Position numbers and translations under genes: made by a program. This document shows, one piece after another, positions 29,762 to 38,449 of a stretch of DNA of 64,000 bases. The notes under the pieces were generated by a model that saw only the letters and a program-made list of their open reading frames with translations, was not told the DNA's origin and searched no databases. The DNA is from a virus (lineage: Duplodnaviria > Heunggongvirae > Uroviricota > Caudoviricetes), in IMG/VR virus record IMGVR_UViG_3300010356_001624, positions 1-64,000 of that record; one strand, 5' to 3'. The first letter of the stretch is position 1. Every line of letters starts with the position of its first letter.

Positions 29762-30067
29762 TTAAAAATTTTTTGTTAAATTATCTAAATTATTAAAAAT
29801 TTCATTTATTTTATTTTCAGTAATATCTTCATTATTTAAACGTTCAAAATATTCATTATCAATATCTTCATTAAACTTTATCAGTTCATCTATCTTTGAT
29901 AATGCAAATTTTGCTTGTGTACCATTGTCTATTATAATTTTTCTATCTTTAAATTTTGAATCACTTGATGGTAATTTATAATTTTCTTCATCGGAATAAA
30001 ATTCAAGTATTTTCTTAACTAAAAGAAATAAATTATCATATTGTTCAATTGTGATATTATTCATCAT
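29762..30067 (-). CDS. hypothetical acidic protein
   Basis: ORF only. Confidence 0.35.
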   Translation of the reverse strand: MMNNITIEQYDNLFLLVKKILEFYSDEENYKLPSSDSKFKDRKIIIDNGTQAKFALSKIDELIKFNEDIDNEYFERLNNEDITENKINEIFNNLDNLTKNF

Positions 30068-30401
30068 CCAAAATTTGATTATTTTTTTTCCATTCTGAAA
30101 TTATTTTTTTTATTTCATCAATTTCATTGGGATATAGTTTATACTCTTTATATGTTGGATATTTTTCATTATTTCTTATATTACTATGAAAATATTTTCC
30201 TTGGGATTCTGCATTTTCAAAATCATCATAAATTTCTTGGGTTATGTTTAAATATGAATATGTATTTCCTTTATTAAAGACAATATAAAGTTTTTCACTT
30301 TTGGGAAAATATGTACTTTTTAATATATTTTGTGAATTATATATTGCATCAACATATCCAATTTCATTATTTTCTATATGTACCTTTTTTTCAACTAACA
30401 T
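30057..30401 (-). CDS. KTSC-domain protein
   Basis: LYIVFNKGNTYSYLNITQEIYDDFENAESQGKYFHSNIRNNEKY fits the KTSC pattern (G..Y.Y..V...vy..F..A.S.G.yF...I). Confidence 0.5.
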   Translation of the reverse strand: MLVEKKVHIENNEIGYVDAIYNSQNILKSTYFPKSEKLYIVFNKGNTYSYLNITQEIYDDFENAESQGKYFHSNIRNNEKYPTYKEYKLYPNEIDEIKKIISEWKKNNQILDDE

Positions 30402-30541
30402 GTTTTATTTTTTTTATACAAAGATATTTTTAATTTTATAAAAAACAAAATTTCAAAAAAATTTACATTAATATTATATAAATCCAATAAACATATAACC
30501 ATTATTAATAAAAAAATAAGTATTTATAAAAAAAACTAATA

Positions 30542-31306
30542 ATGGCACTTCCAAAAAAAAATAAAACAAAACTTGATATTCGACCACCAAAAATTGGTAG
30601 TGAATACCTTAAATATGGTATGGATAGAATTGAAGAATTGATGAATGCTACCGATATTAAAACGAATTATTTACCAAGAACAATTCTTTTAGAAGATATG
30701 GATAGGGGTATATTTAACCATATCAATTCAAAAAATCTTAAAATTGTGATTGATGGTAAAATAGTTCCCACATTCTATTTGGATAATGACAGATGGGGTG
30801 AATATAGTAAAACTTGGAAGTTTGTTGACGATGATAAAAACGTACCAACACCATATGTAACCATTAGAAGAATTAATAAAGAAATTGGTACTAGATTGGG
30901 TAATAAATATTTAGTGCCACAACTTCGTAAATTTAAGTATATGGATGTTCCAATACTTGATGAAGGAGAAGTAATCTATTTAAGATTTAAAATGCCAGAA
31001 CCCGTTAATGTTGATTTAACATATGAAGTTGTTTTATTCACCAAATATCGTGTTGATGTTAATCAGTATGATGAACAGGTGTTAAGAAATTTTGCATCAC
31101 GTCAAGACTATATCCATATTAATGGTAATCCTTTACCTTTACTTTTTGAAGGATTTACTGAATCAAACCCAATTGAAAATATTGATGGTGATAGATATTT
31201 TGTTTCTAAATACACATTAAAACTATTGGGCTATATTCGTGATGAAAAGGATTATGAAATTGTAAAAACCACAAGAAAACCAAGATTTACAACAACAATT
31301 ATATAA
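30542..31306 (+). CDS. hypothetical protein, possibly structural
   Basis: ORF only. Confidence 0.45.
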   Translation: MALPKKNKTKLDIRPPKIGSEYLKYGMDRIEELMNATDIKTNYLPRTILLEDMDRGIFNHINSKNLKIVIDGKIVPTFYLDNDRWGEYSKTWKFVDDDKNVPTPYVTIRRINKEIGTRLGNKYLVPQLRKFKYMDVPILDEGEVIYLRFKMPEPVNVDLTYEVVLFTKYRVDVNQYDEQVLRNFASRQDYIHINGNPLPLLFEGFTESNPIENIDGDRYFVSKYTLKLLGYIRDEKDYEIVKTTRKPRFTTTII

Positions 31307-31310
31307 TACA

Positions 31311-32111
31311 CTATTGTTCATTAGTATATGTTCCAGTATTAGGATTAAATTTATTCCCACCTTCTGGATATTTTTGTTGAATATAGTTAGTTTTATTAAA
31401 TGTATTATTAATTTTATCAACATATTGTGATTTTGGTAATTCATAGGCTTTAAATTCAGATAAAATTGGTGGTTGTGGTTTAAAGTACCATGTTTTTTCT
31501 TTTTTATTAAAAATAACATCAAAATACATTATTTCTTCAGTATTATTAATCAACTGATTATTATATTTTGCATAATTATAAAATAATGATAAAATACCCG
31601 TTTCTGCATTATAGAAACTTAACTTTAAAAAACAACCAAATTCGTTTTTTTCTTGTTTATTTATATATGATATTGGAACATCAAAAAAAGATAGTTGTGT
31701 ATCTTTTGTTGTTGTTATTATATATTTCGGTTTATTATCATTAGCATAGTCAATAAATTTTGTGAAATATGTTCTAAAAATTTTATTTTGTGTGTTGGAA
31801 TTAAAACTATCATAAAAATCAAATATAAAAAAACTATTTTGAATAAATTTTGTTTTATTATTTTCAAAAGGAAATTCGTTGTAGTGTGATGTTTTACCTT
31901 TGAAATAAAAATAAAATATTTGAGAACCACCAACATTAGATTTTTTAAATCTACAGACTTCTTCATCAATAATTGGATTAATTAAAGAATTACCTACATT
32001 TTCAACTAAATTATTCAATGAATTAATAATAATATCATTTTTAGAATTTAATTGAAAATTTATATTTAAATCTTTTCCTGAAAATTTTAATCTTTTTTTA
32101 TTTATAAGCAT
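31311..32111 (-). CDS. hypothetical protein
   Basis: ORF only. Confidence 0.4.
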   Translation of the reverse strand: MLINKKRLKFSGKDLNINFQLNSKNDIIINSLNNLVENVGNSLINPIIDEEVCRFKKSNVGGSQIFYFYFKGKTSHYNEFPFENNKTKFIQNSFFIFDFYDSFNSNTQNKIFRTYFTKFIDYANDNKPKYIITTTKDTQLSFFDVPISYINKQEKNEFGCFLKLSFYNAETGILSLFYNYAKYNNQLINNTEEIMYFDVIFNKKEKTWYFKPQPPILSEFKAYELPKSQYVDKINNTFNKTNYIQQKYPEGGNKFNPNTGTYTNEQ

Positions 32112-33739
32112 GGTTTTCCAATATCATCTAAATTATTTTTTGGTTTAATTGAAGTAATTTCACCGTTTTTTGTATACCAAAGTTCATCAAATATATTTTT
32201 TGTTGTAATATCATTTAAATCGGGTGTAACTGAAAATATTGTTGGTGTAAAAATATAATGATTATCATTTAAAAACGGATGGTCTACACCAATATTCGTT
32301 AATGGTTCAAAATAACCTTCTGGTAAAATTTCTCTCCAAATATATGTATTATTATTCAAAATATCAATTGCATGTTTTGGTATTTGTTCAATATTTTCAT
32401 ATATACTATCATTAGAACTAATACTATAAACATCACTGCTTAAATATCTTAATCTTATCGGTATAAATGGATTATATTTCCAAACTAATCTTATTTTTAA
32501 ATTATCTTCATTATAATGAAAAGTATATATATTGAATTTTTGTTCTAACAATAATTCTTGATTATAATTTTTTTTATCATATTTAACAATATCAGAAATA
32601 TATTCATTTTCATTATTAGTAACATAATCACCAATTGATAATAATTTACTGTTTAAAATTTTCATTTCATATTCATCATCTTCTTCATCATACATCCAAG
32701 TGCAAAATTTTAACAATTCTGAATCATTATTACCATTATTTGATTCTATATATTTAGCATATAAATATAATTCAGTTATTGGGTATTCATCATCTTTTGC
32801 AAAATCAGAAAGTTTAATTGTTTTATCAATATCCCAATAATAAATTTGTTCGTTATATACATTTTTTGAAAAACCAGCATTATGAATAGTAAAATCGTTA
32901 GGCGTTGCTAATACTTTAAATTTTCTTTTAATATTTTGAGAATCATTGTATAATTCAATTTTTATATAGTCTAAATAAACTTTTAGGGAATTACCTTTTA
33001 CTATAATAACTATTTTACGTATAGGATTTTCATTGTCAATATCACAAGTATATGTTTTTTCACCATCTTCTGTAAGAGAAACATTAAAATCTTTATAATT
33101 ATCATCATCAAATTTTAATAAAACCCTAAAACTATCATTTTCAACATTACCATATACAGTTGTTTTAGTTTTAAAAACCAAAGTACCATAGGATTCTATT
33201 ATGTTTTTTGTCATTTGAATCGTACCATTTTGTAACATACCACTAGGATGTACTATTAATTCTGCTTGATTTGCTAATGTTTGTGACATATAAGAATCTC
33301 CCTTAACAATAACATCCCATCCTCTTGGATAATCCGTTGGTTCTGATATTACCCAATCATCAAAATTTTCATCAATTAATATTTTTGGCTGTTCTTCTAC
33401 TTCATCTAAATTTAATTCTGGTTTAACTAAATAAAAATCAAATGAATTTAAAATATTTTTAGAATTATTTTCACTTGGTTTAAAAAAATCCTTTAATTCA
33501 TTATAACCAAATTTGAGGTTATTTAATAGCGAAATCCATTCAAATTTACCATAAAATCTATAATTATCACTATTTTCTCTTTCTTTTATATATTGTTCAC
33601 TAGAACTAATAGTTTTATGAACATCATATTCAACAATTTCAGATATTTCATTCGTTAATGATATATTATCATGCAAATCAGTATTTGTAGAATCTATATT
33701 TTTTTTATCACCCAATAATATTTTTACCTGTTTATCCAT
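32102..33739 (-). CDS. hypothetical protein, possibly a tail fibre or receptor-binding protein
   Basis: 545-aa ORF with no assignable motif. Confidence 0.45.
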   Translation of the reverse strand: MDKQVKILLGDKKNIDSTNTDLHDNISLTNEISEIVEYDVHKTISSSEQYIKERENSDNYRFYGKFEWISLLNNLKFGYNELKDFFKPSENNSKNILNSFDFYLVKPELNLDEVEEQPKILIDENFDDWVISEPTDYPRGWDVIVKGDSYMSQTLANQAELIVHPSGMLQNGTIQMTKNIIESYGTLVFKTKTTVYGNVENDSFRVLLKFDDDNYKDFNVSLTEDGEKTYTCDIDNENPIRKIVIIVKGNSLKVYLDYIKIELYNDSQNIKRKFKVLATPNDFTIHNAGFSKNVYNEQIYYWDIDKTIKLSDFAKDDEYPITELYLYAKYIESNNGNNDSELLKFCTWMYDEEDDEYEMKILNSKLLSIGDYVTNNENEYISDIVKYDKKNYNQELLLEQKFNIYTFHYNEDNLKIRLVWKYNPFIPIRLRYLSSDVYSISSNDSIYENIEQIPKHAIDILNNNTYIWREILPEGYFEPLTNIGVDHPFLNDNHYIFTPTIFSVTPDLNDITTKNIFDELWYTKNGEITSIKPKNNLDDIGKPCL

Positions 33740-33848
33740 AAAACACTTTCTGTTTATATAAATAGTTATTAAAATAATATAATATTTTGTAACATTTTTT
33801 TACTATTTTCGTATCACTAAATAAACTAACAAAAAAATATTTAAAGCC

Positions 33849-34364
33849 ATGAAAAAACTAATTTATTTTATGATGATTGCAATAGTTGTAGCAACCAGTT
33901 GTAAAAAAGAAGAAATCGTTGAACCCGAACCACCAAAACCAATTCCCATTATTAGTTTTGAAGAACTAATTGGTTACTGGACTACAATTAAATGGGAATA
34001 TGATGGTAATACATATACGGAATGTGATGATGTTAAATTCCTTATGTGGCTTAATGATAAAGGTGCAATACTTTTAGAAATTGAATTTAATAATGACTAT
34101 CCTTGGACGGATGATAATGGTGTACCTTGGGGCTATGGTTTATTTCATGATATGTGTGGTGGTAATTGGGGTAGTCAAAATTATTATTTTATAGATATTG
34201 AAAAAAATCAAATTATTTTTGCTGACCATCTTAGTCTTGAAATTCGTGTATTATTTCAAGTATTGGAATACAACAAAGAAGAACAAATACTGAAATTTGA
34301 ATTAACTAAAACTAAACCTAGTATGAGTTTTATTAATTCAATTTATACAATGAAAAAACTGTAA
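33849..34364 (+). CDS. putative lipoprotein
   Basis: N-terminus MKKLIYFMMIAIVVATSC|KKEE is a signal peptide ending in a lipobox (VATSC). Confidence 0.6.
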   Translation: MKKLIYFMMIAIVVATSCKKEEIVEPEPPKPIPIISFEELIGYWTTIKWEYDGNTYTECDDVKFLMWLNDKGAILLEIEFNNDYPWTDDNGVPWGYGLFHDMCGGNWGSQNYYFIDIEKNQIIFADHLSLEIRVLFQVLEYNKEEQILKFELTKTKPSMSFINSIYTMKKL

Positions 34365-34383
34365 ATGTTTAGCATTAAGTTCA

Positions 34384-34418
34384 AACTCACCACTACTATC
34401 AATAGTGGTGAGTTTGGA
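34384..34418 (+). terminator. 14-bp perfect hairpin (caaactcaccacta ... tagtggtgagtttg) downstream of the lipoprotein gene
   Basis: Inverted repeat seen directly; the T-tract after it is weak. Confidence 0.45.
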
Positions 34419-34587
34419 TTATTCAATTTAGTCTTTATATAATTATAATTAGTAGAATTATAAAAATTTATGATTTTTTATAGAATGAAAAGTATTTATT
34501 AAAAAATATAATTATTAACGTTTCATTTTAAACAAAATAATATAAAATTAGAACATTGTAAATATTTACAAAAATTTAAAAATTTTT

Positions 34588-35121
34588 ATGAAAATAATAA
34601 TAAGAATATTTTTATATTTTCAACATATTTGGAAATTATTTATTGGTTTTCTATCAAAGAAAAAAATTCATAGTAATAATCCACAACTTAGTAGATTGAT
34701 GGAATCAAATTTAAGTTTTAAAGAGTTAGAAATTAAAAGAAAAAAATTAATAAACAAAAAACTAAAGTTGTGTGCTGAATTAAACGCATTTAAATACAAT
34801 AAAATGGAACGTGGAATAGATTATAATATTTTAGACTTCAACGAAAAGAACGATAAAATTTCTCAAATAAATTCTTTGTTGAAAGGCATAGAAGTTAAAT
34901 TAAGAAAAATTGGTTATGTTTATGAATATATAAAAGAAATAGTTGCAAAGAATGAATTTAACGAAAAAATATTATTGAAAAATAGGTGTGAAATTATACT
35001 TGAAAAAAAATATGAATTACCATTAAATCAAGAAGATTTCATTGAAATATTTAAACTTTTAGATTTGAATGATGATGAAAATTTAATATCAATAAGACAT
35101 ATTAAATCTATTAATAGTTAA
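34588..35121 (+). CDS. hypothetical protein
   Basis: ORF only. Confidence 0.35.
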   Translation: MKIIIRIFLYFQHIWKLFIGFLSKKKIHSNNPQLSRLMESNLSFKELEIKRKKLINKKLKLCAELNAFKYNKMERGIDYNILDFNEKNDKISQINSLLKGIEVKLRKIGYVYEYIKEIVAKNEFNEKILLKNRCEIILEKKYELPLNQEDFIEIFKLLDLNDDENLISIRHIKSINS

Positions 35122-35235
35122 TGGATTTAACATACCTATTATTGGCAGTAATAAATTTGAAATAAAAAATATTACTTAATAATATTAATTTAATGTTTGA
35201 TATTGATGATGAAATTGAAATAAAAAAATATTAAA

Positions 35236-35877
35236 ATGAAAAGAATAAAAAATTTTATAAATGTTAAAATATTACCATATTTAAGAAGTGGATATGGTTA
35301 TTACTATTACCTTTGTTTTAAGAATTTTATAATAAAACTCATAAAACCAAAGAAAATAATAGCCATTAAATGGAGAATTACTATTGATGAAGAATTTAAA
35401 TACGTCACGTATGTTGAAAAATGTTTAATTACAAGGTATATAGGAAGAATAAGAAACAATATACTATTTGATAATAAAGACACTTTTCATTTTAAATTTA
35501 ATAATATACCCACAGCACCATCATCAATATATGAAAAGGATGTAATTAATCCAGAAATCAAACCCCAAAACGATTTTTATTTTGTTGAAAAAAACTGTTT
35601 GATTGAATATATAGTGGATGAATTTAATGATAATTCAATTGTTTTTCATTCTGAAAATTTCACACATTTCAAGATTGGTAATTCAGAATGGATACCCATT
35701 GAAAATATTGACTATAGGTATGGTGGATTATGTTTATTTTCGTTTGAACATAAATTATTTGCAATTATTGAAACTGATTTAATTTCAGAAGTAAGTAAAA
35801 ATGAAATTGGTAATTTAATAGAAAAAGATTTAAAGGAATTAACACTTTCTTTTCAAAAAATTAAACAAAAAATATAA
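35236..35877 (+). CDS. hypothetical protein
   Basis: ORF only. Confidence 0.4.
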   Translation: MKRIKNFINVKILPYLRSGYGYYYYLCFKNFIIKLIKPKKIIAIKWRITIDEEFKYVTYVEKCLITRYIGRIRNNILFDNKDTFHFKFNNIPTAPSSIYEKDVINPEIKPQNDFYFVEKNCLIEYIVDEFNDNSIVFHSENFTHFKIGNSEWIPIENIDYRYGGLCLFSFEHKLFAIIETDLISEVSKNEIGNLIEKDLKELTLSFQKIKQKI

Positions 35878-36070
35878 AAATTTAAATAATTATTAAACAT
35901 AAAGAAATTAATTTGTATGGAATTGAATATTTTTTAGTACCAAAATCCACCAAATATGATATTATAAAAACCTAACCAAAGAATATTGAATCCTCACATG
36001 GTCTTTGGAAAATCTTTGAAGAACCAAAAAGAGTTAAAAAAACACAAATTATAATTAATGTTTTAGAAAA

Positions 36071-38158
36071 TCATTTAATGTTAAGAACATCTGCCACAAA
36101 TTTTATACAATCAGATTCCCCCAACCCTTTATAAAAATAAAAATCTGAGTCGGGTTGGTTTGTGGGAATACCATATAATTTTCCACCATTTAATGGGCAA
36201 GCAACACCACCCCATGATGGTGAGTTTACACCGTTACGATAATAACCCAATTCATTAACATCGATATTAAAAACATCATCAATATATTTAAATCCCTTTT
36301 TCTCTATACTATTAAAACTTTTAATATGGTTTTCTGGTACTTCAATAAAATCAGTCCAGTGTAAATTGGGTCGTATAAATCTTTTGGTATTGATATCATT
36401 TGCTGCAATTGGATAACTATTATCATTAATCGATTGAACTTCACCGCTAATTTCTGTATCATAACTAAAACATGTGTTAATTCTTAACCCACCAAATTCA
36501 GCACTTCTAACATATCCCATTTGTGGAAGATAAATAGAAAAATTTAGCCAATTTGCACCAAAAATTTTTTTATTATCATCAGTAAAACCATTACTCGGAA
36601 AATCATCTGTAGTTTTAATAACACCAACAGTAAAAAACGGGTCTTTTTTTAATCTATTAATTTTATCATCTATTTCAAATCCATTACTAAATACTGCCGA
36701 TTCTGTTCCTTTTTTATTATAAACAACACCGTTAAATTTTGAAACGCTATAAATTTTATTTGATTTAAATGTAAAATGACTATTTCTCCATTGAGATGTA
36801 TTTACAGTTTGATAATTAGTGGTATGTTGTGGTATTTTAATTCTTGTTCTGAATAAAGTAACCGAACGTGTTTCATTTCCAATAACATTTTCAAGTCTTA
36901 GATTAGGTGTGGATAAATCATCTTCAGTAATTTCTAATGTTATAAATCCTTTAAATTCGGTATATATACCACCTTGTGTTAAATCGCTTACTTCAATAAG
37001 AGTTCCTTCTTCATTATGTATCATTTTTTTTCTGTTACAATTAACAATAAAAATAAAATCACCATTCCTTTTATGTGTTGTATATTCAGATGGATTTAAT
37101 AATATCATTTTTTTATAAAGATTATTTATTTCTGTAGAATTGGTTGTATTAATTTCATTATCTGTTACATTATTAGGATAATAATATATTTTTTCGGTTA
37201 TATTACCAATTCTCTTATTTTGTATATTAATACTATTATATTGGTCATTTACTCTATATAATTGACCAATACCAAATTTTTTAAAATAATTACCATTTTC
37301 ATCCTTATTTTGATAATTATTAGCCCATCTTGATTCATAGTCATCAGTAAAAGCACTACCAAAAATAGTAAATTGACCACTAATTGTTGCTTTAATTTTA
37401 AAATCCTGTCTGGTTATTCCAATTTCAAAATTTTCTTTATCACCCCAGAATGGTATTATATCCACATTAATTTCTTGTGTTTCTATATGTGGTAAATCAT
37501 CCAAATTTGAACTTTCTTTTATTTTTGTGTTATTATCAGTAAAAAGATTAGGAGAATATCCTAAATTTACTACCATTGCAGCAGGTGTCATTGAAAATTC
37601 ACCAATATCTGTAATATCAACACTCATATGTACTGTTTGCGTTCCTGTTGGTACACCAAAAATCATATAATCACCTGATTTGTTGGTAACAGCAGTATAT
37701 TTATAATATTTTTTATATACATTAAATAAAACTTCGTTGGTTACTAGTTCTGGTTTTATTGGGAATGAACCAAATGGTTGTTTTGGTTTATAAATATTTT
37801 TTTCTTGGTCTAATTCAGAAACACGTGGTAATAGATTATATCGTTTACCTTCATTATTTAAATCTCTAGGCGTTTCATAAGGATAAATGCTATAAATTTC
37901 ATCATTATTTTTATCTTCTTCATTGAGTGGTATAAATATACTAATTTTTGCATTAGGAATTCCAACATTATCGTTTGCAATAACCCTTCCCACTAAAATA
38001 CCATAATCAGAATTAAAATTTTTATAAGCATCTTCTGTTTTAAATTTTAATGACATAAATTCCAAAGTTTTAACTTTTTGTTCAAGTTTAACTTTTATAA
38101 ATTTATCATTATTTGATGGGTCGTTAATATTAAAAAAAATTCGTTGTGATTTATTCAT
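36071..38158 (-). CDS. hypothetical large protein, possibly a baseplate or tail structural protein
   Basis: 695-aa ORF divergent from the sheath gene. Confidence 0.5.
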   Translation of the reverse strand: MNKSQRIFFNINDPSNNDKFIKVKLEQKVKTLEFMSLKFKTEDAYKNFNSDYGILVGRVIANDNVGIPNAKISIFIPLNEEDKNNDEIYSIYPYETPRDLNNEGKRYNLLPRVSELDQEKNIYKPKQPFGSFPIKPELVTNEVLFNVYKKYYKYTAVTNKSGDYMIFGVPTGTQTVHMSVDITDIGEFSMTPAAMVVNLGYSPNLFTDNNTKIKESSNLDDLPHIETQEINVDIIPFWGDKENFEIGITRQDFKIKATISGQFTIFGSAFTDDYESRWANNYQNKDENGNYFKKFGIGQLYRVNDQYNSINIQNKRIGNITEKIYYYPNNVTDNEINTTNSTEINNLYKKMILLNPSEYTTHKRNGDFIFIVNCNRKKMIHNEEGTLIEVSDLTQGGIYTEFKGFITLEITEDDLSTPNLRLENVIGNETRSVTLFRTRIKIPQHTTNYQTVNTSQWRNSHFTFKSNKIYSVSKFNGVVYNKKGTESAVFSNGFEIDDKINRLKKDPFFTVGVIKTTDDFPSNGFTDDNKKIFGANWLNFSIYLPQMGYVRSAEFGGLRINTCFSYDTEISGEVQSINDNSYPIAANDINTKRFIRPNLHWTDFIEVPENHIKSFNSIEKKGFKYIDDVFNIDVNELGYYRNGVNSPSWGGVACPLNGGKLYGIPTNQPDSDFYFYKGLGESDCIKFVADVLNIK

Positions 38159-38449
38159 AATTAAAATTTTTTATAAATACGAATTACAAAAATAACTAAA
38201 ATATTAAAAATTTTCAAATTATTATTTTAGGGTTTTTTCATAAAAAAATTTAAAATTTTAATAAAAAATCAAAAATTTTAAAAAAAAGTAATAAAAAATA
38301 AAAAATAACTCAAAATTGTTGTTTTATTATAAAGAATTACAATACTATAATAATACTATTAAATCTTCTTTTCGATTATTTTTTAGTATTTATTGAAAAA
38401 GAACATAAAATAGAAAAATAATAAATAATATAGTAAAGTAATAAAAAAT
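38159..38449. promoter_or_regulatory. 291-bp extremely A/T-rich divergent intergenic region, likely holding promoters for the sheath gene and the opposite-strand gene
   Basis: Longest non-coding gap flanked by divergent starts. No confident promoter motif was assigned. Confidence 0.3.
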
